DNA from: Acidimicrobiales bacterium
GTDB lineage: Bacteria; Actinomycetota; Acidimicrobiia; Acidimicrobiales; Aldehydirespiratoraceae
Direction of reading: 5' to 3'
NCBI GenBank assembly: GCA_029246685.1
Contig: JAQWMR010000001.1
Location: 31,246-95,245, forward strand
Length of the DNA stretch: 64,000 nucleotides
Shown in pieces: positions 47,627-56,872 of the stretch. The translations under genes were made by a program, and so were the position numbers. Position 1 is the first letter of the stretch, and every line of letters starts with the position of its first letter. The notes beneath the pieces are model-generated. The model was not told where the DNA came from, did no database searches, and saw only the letters and a program-made list of their open reading frames with translations.

Positions 47627-48415
47627 ATGCAACCCGTCCCCCTCAGCAAGGGCAAACGCCGCGCTCGATCGGCCATCAAGCGGTTCCTCTACGCCCAGCT
47701 CCTGATCAAGGACGCCTTCATGGTGGCGATCGGGCGGGGCAAGCCGTTGGTGCGGTTCACCGTGGAGAACGATCCGCCATCCGCCTACCTGAACTTCGCT
47801 ATCCGACCCGACCAGGTCGCAGCGTTCGAGGACTACATCGCGGTTCCGATGCCGCTGGCCCCGATGGCGTGCATCGCCGGTGACGAGCCGTACTTCTGCC
47901 TCACCCTCAACATGTATCGAGTGTCCGGCCTGGCTTTCGGAATCCGGGCCGAATGGTCGACCTACGTCCTCGATGACGACGGCATCCCCCGCTACATGGT
48001 CGTCGAGGCCGAATGCGAGAAGGGCACGCTCGACTCCGTCGACCTGTTCACCGTCAAGGGTCTCGCCGAGTACGAGGTACTCGCCGACGGCATCCGACTC
48101 CGCTGCGGAGGCGAGAGAGGCACCGAATGCCGAGCGCAGCTCCCGCTGCCTCCGACCGACGCTCCGGTGCACGCCGACCCGATGTGGGTCACTGCGAACG
48201 ACTTCATCTACTGGCGCAACGGCGTCTGCGACCGCACCTTCTACGACGCCGGTCTCGCCAACCCCCGCATGCAGGCAATCGACCCCGCCACCGTCGCCAT
48301 CGACGACCTCGGCCACTGGACCCCGTTCCTCGACCCGCTTCCCCGCAGCGTCGTCGCGTTTCAGGACCCCATCACCTTCGCCATGTCCCCCTGGTGGAAC
48401 ATCGACGAACTCTGA
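47627..48415 (+). CDS. Hypothetical protein
   Basis: This is the only part of the 705-aa track ORF not antisense to the cupredoxin gene. ATG at 47627, 262 aa, no confident motif. Confidence 0.45.
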   Translation: MQPVPLSKGKRRARSAIKRFLYAQLLIKDAFMVAIGRGKPLVRFTVENDPPSAYLNFAIRPDQVAAFEDYIAVPMPLAPMACIAGDEPYFCLTLNMYRVSGLAFGIRAEWSTYVLDDDGIPRYMVVEAECEKGTLDSVDLFTVKGLAEYEVLADGIRLRCGGERGTECRAQLPLPPTDAPVHADPMWVTANDFIYWRNGVCDRTFYDAGLANPRMQAIDPATVAIDDLGHWTPFLDPLPRSVVAFQDPITFAMSPWWNIDEL

Positions 48416-48495
48416 CCCCCCCCCCAATCCCATCGTTCTGGCTGACCAATTGTTCGGTCAGCGGACGATTGGTCAGCCAGAACGGGGTTTGGGGG
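48416..48495. terminator. Long bidirectional hairpin filling the gap between convergent stops
   Basis: CGTTCTGGCTGACCAAT (48434-48450) and ATTGGTCAGCCAGAACG (48468-48484) form 17-bp perfect arms, extended by CCCCCAATCCC/GGGTTTGGGGG. The hairpin is bounded by TGA 48413-48415 and the panB stop at 48496-48498. Confidence 0.6.
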
Positions 48496-49344
<849 letters not shown>

Positions 49345-49443
49345 GTCTGACTCCTTTCCCGTCCAGCGCATCTCAGCTGCCAGCGGTAACCGCCAGGGTA
49401 ACGGGACACGCTTCGCGTCTCAAGGGGGACCTACGCTGCGTGC

Positions 49444-49828
49444 GTGGCGGCCCCCCTCGCAGCGGACCTGACTCCGACCGACCGATCTCTCGAGATCGGC
49501 GCGCTGCGCGGCGTCGTGGCCTATCGGTGGCTCACGATCGGTTGGGCCGCGGTGGCGCTCTTCTTCCAGCGCGACCACCTGAGTCGGGCCGGGCTCGCCA
49601 TCGCGACGCTCGGCGTCGCCGGCGCTTTCACCGTGTGGTCCACACTGGCCGCTCGAGCGCGAAGTGCTTCAGCACGTCGCCCGAGGCCACACCTACAAGG
49701 CGATCGGCGAGGAGCTCTTCATCTCGCAGAAGACGGTGGAGAACCACGTCCGCAACATCTTGAAGAAACTCCACCTCAACCGGAAGCAAGAACTGATCCG
49801 CTACGCCCTCGAAAAGGGAATCGAGTAG
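49444..49828 (+). pseudogene. Two-component-system deletion scar: sensor-kinase N-terminus fused out of frame to a LuxR-type HTH C-terminus
   Basis: One frame, from GTG 49444, reads 'LRGVVAYRWLTIGWAAVALFF...LAIATLGVAGAFTVWSTLAA' (TM-rich kinase-like N-terminus). Another frame, 49655-49828, reads 'EREVLQHVARGHTYKAIGEELFISQKTVENHVRNILKKLHLNRKQELIRYALEKGIE*' (GerE/LuxR HTH). No kinase core or receiver domain lies between them. Confidence 0.5.
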
Positions 49829-49838
49829 CGGACTACGC

Positions 49839-50234
49839 CTACGCGTTGCCGCCGATGGCGCGGCTACGGGCGAGGTGGTTCCAACCGCAGTCGGTGCAGA
49901 CCTCGACGACGTAGCCCTGACTGGCGGCCTTGCGGGCGGCGAGGCGGACCATCTCCTTGTCGCTGGTGACGCAGCGGCCGTGCTTGGGGAGCCAGGGGCC
50001 GAAGACGTAGGTGACCTCGACCAACGATTCCTTCTCGCAGACCGGGCATGGAGTTCGAAGGGCAACACCACAGAACTCGGCATTGCGCTGAAGCTCTCGC
50101 TGGGCGTCGCAGACCTGCTCGGTGGGGAGGTCACCGTCTCGCCAGGCTTGAAGCGTCGCCTCGCGCGCCAGCCGGTAGTCGACACCGGCGCTGGTGGCGC
50201 CCGATGCAGCTGCGGCGGCGAGTCCCCTCTTCAC
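49839..50234 (-). CDS. Conserved actinobacterial Cys4 zinc-ribbon protein (DUF5318-like)
   Basis: 'CPVCEKESLVEVTYVFGP...VVEVCTDCGWNHL'. The GTG start at 50234 is a guess. The upstream part of the track ORF is Arg-rich shadow. Confidence 0.5.
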   Translation of the reverse strand: MKRGLAAAAASGATSAGVDYRLAREATLQAWRDGDLPTEQVCDAQRELQRNAEFCGVALRTPCPVCEKESLVEVTYVFGPWLPKHGRCVTSDKEMVRLAARKAASQGYVVEVCTDCGWNHLARSRAIGGNA

Positions 50235-50290
50235 GAGGCCAGAGGGTACCCCTCCGCAACAAGTTGGGGTCAGGCGGCAAGACTCCGTGA

Positions 50291-50932
50291 ATGCCGTTGC
50301 ACGACCCTCGCCTTCCGCATGTCGACCGAGTGCTCGATGTCGTGGACCTCGGTCCCGGTGTCGGCGCCGACGTCGATCGCCGCCTGATCGGCGAGGTGAA
50401 CAGACGGCGCATCCTGGATCTCGGCTGCGGTCAAGGCCACACGGCCGTCGGCCTCGCACTGCGCGGTGCGCGTGCCATCGCGGTGGACGACGACGTCGCC
50501 CAACTCGCCGCCACCCGCACCCTCGCCGCCCGCCACGACGTGACCGTGGAGTGTCACCAGGCGAAGCCGGCCGAGCTCGCGTTTCTCGCCGCTGACCATG
50601 TGGATCTCGCCGTCGCGGTCACGACGTTGTCGTGGGTGCAGGATCTCAACCGGGTGTTCCGCCAGGTACATCGCGTCGTCGGGCCGAACGGGCACTTCAT
50701 CATGTCGGTGCCCCACCCCGCCGCGCTCTGCGCCGACCGGAACGATTCGAGCCGGACCGTGGCCGCATGGGACCGCAGCGAGCCGGTCGGCGATCGCTAC
50801 GTCCACACCGCGGAGGCAGTTGTGAGCGCGTTCGGACGAGCGAACTTCGCGGTGGACGCCGTCCTCGAGCGCCACGACGGCGGGCCGATGCCGGCGACGC
50901 TCGTCGTGCGGGCCCGCAAGCTCGGCGTCTAG
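50291..50932 (+). CDS. Class I SAM-dependent methyltransferase
   Basis: 'RILDLGCGQGHTAVGLALRGARAIAVDD' is motif I. Confidence 0.75.
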   Translation: MPLHDPRLPHVDRVLDVVDLGPGVGADVDRRLIGEVNRRRILDLGCGQGHTAVGLALRGARAIAVDDDVAQLAATRTLAARHDVTVECHQAKPAELAFLAADHVDLAVAVTTLSWVQDLNRVFRQVHRVVGPNGHFIMSVPHPAALCADRNDSSRTVAAWDRSEPVGDRYVHTAEAVVSAFGRANFAVDAVLERHDGGPMPATLVVRARKLGV

Positions 50933-52222
50933 TCAGTTCGCGTCAGGGCGGGTCGGCCACCAGCTGAGCAGGCGTTCCGCAGCCGCGCCGGCCGGCATCG
51001 GACCTTCGTCGAACCGCAGGTCACGTAGCCATCGTGTCGCCACGCCGATGTCGGGACCGGGCTCGATCCCGAGGAGCGCACACACCTGCTCACCGGCGAG
51101 CAGTGCGTTCGGGTCGTCGAGGTCGGGCTCTGCCGAACGCAGGTCCGAGAGCACGGAACGCCGGATCTCCAGGTCGTCCACGGAGCGGCCGGCCGCGCGA
51201 CGCTGCGCCTCGACGAAGGTGTGGAGCTCCTCGATCGTCCGAGCGCCGGGTGCGAGTGCGGCGGCCCGCCGCACCGCCGGTGCGTCGGCGGGCAGGGCGG
51301 ATGGGTCCTCGAGGGCGGGATTCGCCGAGCAGAACCAGATCACGTCGCGCGACAGATCCCCCGAGAAGCGCAACGCCGACAGATCCCGAGGACCGACGTC
51401 GAACGGTCCAAGGACAGCCGACCATCGCATCGCGGCATCCTCCGGCAGCACGGCGGCACGATCACAGAGCGCAGCCGCGTCCGCTTCCCCCAGCTCGCCC
51501 AACTTCGGAAGCACGCGAGCAAGGAGGCCCGTGCGAGCGAGCATCGCCATCCCCGGGCCCGGCGTGTCGAGCAGGAGGAGCTTCTGTAGCTCGTCACGGA
51601 TGCGCTCGACCGACACGATGGCCATCCGGTCGAGCAGTGCGGCGATCGCAGCCTCGAGTTCGGGGGCGGGGGTGAGGTCGTAACCGGCGTGGAACCGGGC
51701 GGCGCGCAGCATGCGCAGCGGGTCCTCCGAGAACGACACCTCCGGATCGAGCGGGGTGCGCAGCATCGACGCCGCAAGATCATCTCGGCCGCCATACGGA
51801 TCGACGAGCTCGCCGGTCGCGGCGTCGACCGCCATCGCGTTGACCGTGAAGTCGCGGCGAGCGAGGTCGTCGGTGATGTCGTCGCCGAAAAGGACAGTGG
51901 GTTTACGCGAGTCGTCGTCGTAGGACTCGGCCCGATGGGTGGTGATCTCGAATGGCTGACCGCCGACCGTGCAGCCAACCGTTCCGAAGCGCTCGCCTTG
52001 GGACCACACCGCCTCGGCGATCGGCGCAACGATCGCCTTGATCTCGTCCGGGCGCGCCGCGGTGGTTGCATCCAGGTCGGCCTCCGGACGGCGACGATCC
52101 AACAGGTGGTCTCGCACCACACCGCCAACGAGAAAGAGGCGATGGCCCTCGGCCGTGAAGCGCTCGGTCAACGGTGCGGTGGTGGCGAGCGCGGCGTCGA
52201 GGCCGGGTGGCAGCTCGCTCAT
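50933..52222 (-). CDS. cca: CCA-adding tRNA nucleotidyltransferase
   Basis: 'LFLVGGVVRDHLL...DLDATT', 'RDFTVNAMA', 'EDPLRMLRAARF'. Confidence 0.85.
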   Translation of the reverse strand: MSELPPGLDAALATTAPLTERFTAEGHRLFLVGGVVRDHLLDRRRPEADLDATTAARPDEIKAIVAPIAEAVWSQGERFGTVGCTVGGQPFEITTHRAESYDDDSRKPTVLFGDDITDDLARRDFTVNAMAVDAATGELVDPYGGRDDLAASMLRTPLDPEVSFSEDPLRMLRAARFHAGYDLTPAPELEAAIAALLDRMAIVSVERIRDELQKLLLLDTPGPGMAMLARTGLLARVLPKLGELGEADAAALCDRAAVLPEDAAMRWSAVLGPFDVGPRDLSALRFSGDLSRDVIWFCSANPALEDPSALPADAPAVRRAAALAPGARTIEELHTFVEAQRRAAGRSVDDLEIRRSVLSDLRSAEPDLDDPNALLAGEQVCALLGIEPGPDIGVATRWLRDLRFDEGPMPAGAAAERLLSWWPTRPDAN

Positions 52223-53226
52223 CGCTGACCCTGATGCAGCTGCCGGGCCAACTCGACGACGTCAGCGCCGGGACCGCCGCTCGTGGCCGGCTCGGGCCGG
52301 GTCGACTCGCCGACGAGGGCCGCTGCGGTGGCCGCACTGCAATCACGGATCGCGTCGAGGTCGTAGCCGCCTTCCAGGAGCACGACCGCCCGCCTGGCGG
52401 GCGCGAGCTGCTGGAGTTCGGTGACGAAGTCGGCAATATCGCCGGACGCGTACCCAAGGTCGGTGATGGGGTCGGCGCGGTGTCCGTCGAAGCCAGCGGA
52501 GACGAACAGCCAGTCCGGGGCGAAGGCCTCGATGGCCGGTGTGATCACCTCGTCGAAGCCGGTGCGGACGACGTCGCCGGTCGCGCCAGGCGGCAAGGGG
52601 AGATTGATGGTGTGTCCGAGGCCTGCGCCGTCACCACGCTCCTCCAACATGCCCGAGCCCGGATAGAGCGGATGCTGATGAACCGATGCGAACAGGACGT
52701 CGGGCGAGCGGTAGAAGATGTCCTGCGTGCCATTGCCGTGGTGCGCGTCGAAGTCGACGATCGCGACGCGTTCGCCGGCCGACACGCGAGTGGCTGCGGC
52801 CACAGCCACCGAGTTGAAGAGGCAGAACCCCATGGACTGATGGGCGGTGGCGTGATGTCCGGGCGGGCGGACGACGCAGAATCCGGCGGTGAAACGCTCG
52901 TCAGCGCCAAGCGTCTCGACGGCCGTGACGACCGAACCGGCTGCGAGGAGTGCGGCGTCGAGGCTCGCCTCGTTCATGACCGTGTCGGGGTCCAAGCGAC
53001 CGCCCCCACGGCCCGCAACGGCATGAACGTGGTCGATAAGCGCCTGGTCATGCACCAGCGCGAGTTCGTCGACCGTCGCCGCTCGTGGCGCGAAAGATTC
53101 CACCGCGTCGAGGACTCCCGAGCGCGCAACGCCGTCGATCGCGGCATGGAGCCGATCGGGGCGCTCCGGGTGATTGGTGCCGGCGACATGTGCGGCACAA
53201 CGTTCGTCGGTCACTAGTGCAAGCAC
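52219..53226 (-). CDS. Histone-deacetylase-family (AcuC-like) amidohydrolase
   Basis: GTG at 53226 follows GAGGAG. 'RPPGHHA', 'DFDAHHGNGTQDIF', 'SAGFDGH'. ATGA-type overlap with cca. Confidence 0.8.
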   Translation of the reverse strand: MLALVTDERCAAHVAGTNHPERPDRLHAAIDGVARSGVLDAVESFAPRAATVDELALVHDQALIDHVHAVAGRGGGRLDPDTVMNEASLDAALLAAGSVVTAVETLGADERFTAGFCVVRPPGHHATAHQSMGFCLFNSVAVAAATRVSAGERVAIVDFDAHHGNGTQDIFYRSPDVLFASVHQHPLYPGSGMLEERGDGAGLGHTINLPLPPGATGDVVRTGFDEVITPAIEAFAPDWLFVSAGFDGHRADPITDLGYASGDIADFVTELQQLAPARRAVVLLEGGYDLDAIRDCSAATAAALVGESTRPEPATSGGPGADVVELARQLHQGQR

Positions 53227-53297
53227 GCGGCGCTCCTCAGAAGTTGGAGCGTAGCCCTCCCACCGTGGGCGCGGCGGGGCGTAACGTGGCAACAGAT

Positions 53298-54020
53298 ATG
53301 GCCCTTCAATCGCTCTCCGTCGACAGTGCCCGGTTCCGGGCCGGGAGTTGGCGGGCCCGCGGCGATCTTGCCTATCTGGTCCCCTTGAGTCCGGCGCACA
53401 CGCTCACCGAGGCCGCACTGGCCGGCGCTCGCTCCGAACTCGACGCACAAGGATTCGACTCGGTTGTCACCGCTGCGGTGGCCCCTCCCGAGCGGGCGGC
53501 GCTCCTGCGCGCCGGCTTCGTCGAGCGAGAACATCTCCATCTTCTCAAGCACGACCTGACCTCCTTACCCCCCCCGCCGAGCTGGTGGCAACGTTCTCGG
53601 GACGGGGCGCGCATCCAACGAGGGACAAACGCGGACCGAGCAGCAGTCCTCGCGCTCGACGCGCGGACGTTCGACGAGTTCTGGCACCTGGACAGCGATG
53701 GCCTCGACGATGCCATGGACGCCACGCCGGTCAGCCGCCTTCGCGTCATCCGCGATCCGGAGATCGTGGGATACGCCGTTGCCGGGCGGGCCGGCACCCA
53801 GGGATTCCTCCAGCGACTGGCCGTCGATCCGACCCGTCAGGGCAGCGGGCTCGGAACCACGCTCGTTCACGACTCACTCCGATGGATGCGGCGCCGCGGT
53901 GCGGTCGTCGGCTGGGTGAACACCCAGGAGGCCAACGAACGCGCCCTCGCGCTGTACCGCCATCTCGGCTTCCAGGCCGCCGATCACAACCTCACGGTCA
54001 TGGCGCGCGACGTTCGATGA
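53298..54020 (+). CDS. GNAT family N-acetyltransferase
   Basis: ATG at 53298. 'LQRLAVDPTRQGSGLGTTLV...NERALALYRHLGF'. Confidence 0.7.
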   Translation: MALQSLSVDSARFRAGSWRARGDLAYLVPLSPAHTLTEAALAGARSELDAQGFDSVVTAAVAPPERAALLRAGFVEREHLHLLKHDLTSLPPPPSWWQRSRDGARIQRGTNADRAAVLALDARTFDEFWHLDSDGLDDAMDATPVSRLRVIRDPEIVGYAVAGRAGTQGFLQRLAVDPTRQGSGLGTTLVHDSLRWMRRRGAVVGWVNTQEANERALALYRHLGFQAADHNLTVMARDVR

Positions 54021-55981
54021 TCCGCCCACGTCGCGTCGTCGCACTCGCGACGGCGATCTTCATCATCACTGCGACCACGCCGGCGGGCGCGGACCAGGTG
54101 ATCGAGCCCACACTCCACCTCGCCGGACAGACCCTGTTCGTCACGGAGGACCCCGCGACGATCGTGCTCGATGTCGTCGACCCGCCGGATGACAGTCGGA
54201 TCGCCGTCACGATCTACGCGGATCCTCGCAGGACCCGAGACGAAGTCCGCGACGCCCACCTCGACCCGCCATCCACCGGCGAGCGCGTCGCCGCGTTCGA
54301 GTGCACGCTTGACGGGAACTGCTTCGACCAGGCGTTTCTCGAGACGGATGCCGACGGTCAGATCACGGTGACGATGGACGACACGGTGATCGGCGAGCGG
54401 CTGCGCAGCGACTCCGGCGTGGCACTCCCGGCCGTCGTCTCGCTGGTCGCCGACACCGGCGTGGTTCTCGACGAGTTCGCCACGAGCTTCATCGTTCTGG
54501 ACGAGCGGTCGCCGCGCCGAGTGCGCGTCGCCTTCCTCTCCTCGCTCGACGCGCCGGTCGCGCACGCGCCGGATCAGTCGATCGCGGTCGATGCGGGGCC
54601 ACTTCTCGTCGCCGCCGGCTCGCCGCCGGATGAGTTGACCGTGACCTTCGATCTCCGGCCCGAGACGCTGACCGCACTCGCCGAAACCAACCCCGCCGCC
54701 TTGGCCGACCTCGTCACCGCGCTGGACGGACAGGCTCTGATCCGCGGTCCTTGGGTCGCGATGGACGAAGAAGCCTGGCGGTCAGCCGAAGAAGGCGAGC
54801 AGGTCATCGACGCATACGCCAGCGGGAGCGACGCTGTCGAGACCCACGCCGGCACGGCGGCTTCGAGTCTCGTGATCCTCGATCCCGATGCGACCCCGGA
54901 GACGTTATTGTTGCTGCGGTCGATCGGCGCGGAAGCCGTCATTGTCGAGGACAGCCGGCTCGACGCCGCGACCGTCGCCCGCAGCGCGATGCGACCCGTG
55001 GAGATCTTCGACGCGAACGGAGTTGCGATGCCCGCGCTACGCGTCGACGAAGCCCTCCATGACACCCTCGACGGCCCCGACGCCGAGCTGGCCGCGGTAC
55101 ACGCCCTGGCCGAGCTGACCATGGCGGCGCACGCCGAGGGTGTCCCCTCGGACCTCGGCGTCCTCCTCGATCTCGATCGACTGGACCGGGCCACGCTCGA
55201 TCGCTTTCTCGCGATCGCCGATGGCCGTCGCGAGGTACGACTGAGCACCGTCAACTCACTGACCGGCGTGGACCCCAGCGAAGACGGCGGCGCTGCCCCG
55301 CGTGGAATCTTGCGGCCGACCACTCCGCCAGACGTCTCGGAGGTCGCCGCAGATCTGCGGGCCGCAACCTCGACGCTCGCCACCCTTTCCGCGATGCTCG
55401 AACCCGACACAGCCGCGATCGAGCCACTCGCCACGCAGCTACGCGCGGCCGTCTCATCCGAGTTCACCGCCGATGACGCCAGGGCCTACGCCGACGCGAT
55501 GTTCGCCGAGGTACTCGACCGCACAACTGGCATCGAGGTCCCCGTCACGGATCGGATCACCCTCACGGACCGTCGCACCGACCTTCCGTTGCAGGTCGTC
55601 AACGGTCAACCGGTGGCGTTGAACGTGGAAGTGATTCTCAGCGCCGAGAAGCTCCGATTCCCTGAAGGTGACCGACTTTTCCTGCAACTGCAGCCCGGCG
55701 TCAATGATCTCGTGATCCCGGTCGAGACGCTGGCCTCGGGCGACGCTCGCGTCACAGCCACCATCGTGTCGCCCGGCGGAGCGTTCGAGCTCGGGTCCGG
55801 CACGGTCGACATTCGGTCGACGGCCATCTCCGGACTCGGTCTCGCGATCTCTCTCGTGGCGCTCGTCATTCTCGCCGCCTGGTGGGTTCGGACAATCCTC
55901 CGTGTCCGCCGGAACCGCGCCGCTGCTACGGTCGCAGCCGCGTCGGAGGAGGACCTCGACGCGGCTGAGGGGGAATCGTGA
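54017..55981 (+). CDS. Large secreted protein with a C-terminal membrane anchor (positional equivalent of mycobacterial Rv3909-type proteins)
   Basis: ATGA overlap. Signal peptide 'VVALATAIFIITATTPAGA'. C-terminal TM 'GLGLAISLVALVILAAWWV'. The family assignment is by synteny only. Confidence 0.5.
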   Translation: MIRPRRVVALATAIFIITATTPAGADQVIEPTLHLAGQTLFVTEDPATIVLDVVDPPDDSRIAVTIYADPRRTRDEVRDAHLDPPSTGERVAAFECTLDGNCFDQAFLETDADGQITVTMDDTVIGERLRSDSGVALPAVVSLVADTGVVLDEFATSFIVLDERSPRRVRVAFLSSLDAPVAHAPDQSIAVDAGPLLVAAGSPPDELTVTFDLRPETLTALAETNPAALADLVTALDGQALIRGPWVAMDEEAWRSAEEGEQVIDAYASGSDAVETHAGTAASSLVILDPDATPETLLLLRSIGAEAVIVEDSRLDAATVARSAMRPVEIFDANGVAMPALRVDEALHDTLDGPDAELAAVHALAELTMAAHAEGVPSDLGVLLDLDRLDRATLDRFLAIADGRREVRLSTVNSLTGVDPSEDGGAAPRGILRPTTPPDVSEVAADLRAATSTLATLSAMLEPDTAAIEPLATQLRAAVSSEFTADDARAYADAMFAEVLDRTTGIEVPVTDRITLTDRRTDLPLQVVNGQPVALNVEVILSAEKLRFPEGDRLFLQLQPGVNDLVIPVETLASGDARVTATIVSPGGAFELGSGTVDIRSTAISGLGLAISLVALVILAAWWVRTILRVRRNRAAATVAAASEEDLDAAEGES

Positions 55982-56826
55982 CGGTTCGCATCGTGACCGA
56001 CAGTGCCTGCGACCTGCGAGGCGACGAAGTCGACGAGTTCGGCATCGAGGTGGTGCCGCTGTCCATCCGCTTCGGCGACAAGGAGTACGTCGACCGCGAG
56101 GAATTGACCGTCAGCGAGTTCTACCGGCTGCTCGAGGGCTCCGAGGAACTCCCGGAGACCGCGGCGCCGTCGCCCGGACGCTTCGACGAGGCCTTCCGCC
56201 GCCAGTTCGACGCGGGAGCCAGCGCCGTCGTGTGCATCAACCTCTCCGCCGCGCTGTCGGCAACCATGCAGTCGGCCCAGACGGCGGTCGGGAATCTTGC
56301 CGGCGACATGCCCGACGCCGACGTTCAGGTCGTCGACAGCCGTTCGATCACTGCCGGACTCGGCTCGATCGTGATCGCAGCCGCCCAGATGGGTCGAGAC
56401 GGCGCCTCGGCATCGGAGATCGTCGCCGCGGTCGACGGGCTCAGCGATCGCACGCAGGTGTTCGGCACGCTCGACACGCTGGACAACCTGAAAAAGGGCG
56501 GCCGGATCGGCGGCGCGCAGGCGCTGCTCGGCTCCATGCTCGCCATCAAGCCGATCCTCGACCTCTCCAGCGGTGAGGTGGAGGAGGCCGGCAAGCAGCG
56601 CACCCGCAAGAAGGCGCTCGGATGGATGCGCGAGAAGCTCGTAGAGGTCGGTCCCGTCGAGAACCTCGCCGTCATGCACGGCGATGCGCCCGATCTTGAC
56701 AACTTCCTAGCGTCGCTCGAAGGCATCGTCGATGTGAGCTCGATCCGCGTCGAGAAGATCGGCCCCGTCGTGGGCACCCACGGCGGACCTCGGGTGATGG
56801 GGATCGCGTTCCAGACGCCGGCCTGA
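55978..56826 (+). CDS. DegV family fatty-acid-binding protein
   Basis: 'VRIVTDSACDL', 'ETAAPSPG', 'INLSAALSATMQSA', 'KKGGRIG'. GTGA overlap with the upstream gene. Confidence 0.85.
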   Translation: MTVRIVTDSACDLRGDEVDEFGIEVVPLSIRFGDKEYVDREELTVSEFYRLLEGSEELPETAAPSPGRFDEAFRRQFDAGASAVVCINLSAALSATMQSAQTAVGNLAGDMPDADVQVVDSRSITAGLGSIVIAAAQMGRDGASASEIVAAVDGLSDRTQVFGTLDTLDNLKKGGRIGGAQALLGSMLAIKPILDLSSGEVEEAGKQRTRKKALGWMREKLVEVGPVENLAVMHGDAPDLDNFLASLEGIVDVSSIRVEKIGPVVGTHGGPRVMGIAFQTPA

Positions 56827-56872
56827 CCCGGCCGCGGAAAGCGCTGCAAGACCAACCACTACGGTCCGCGTT

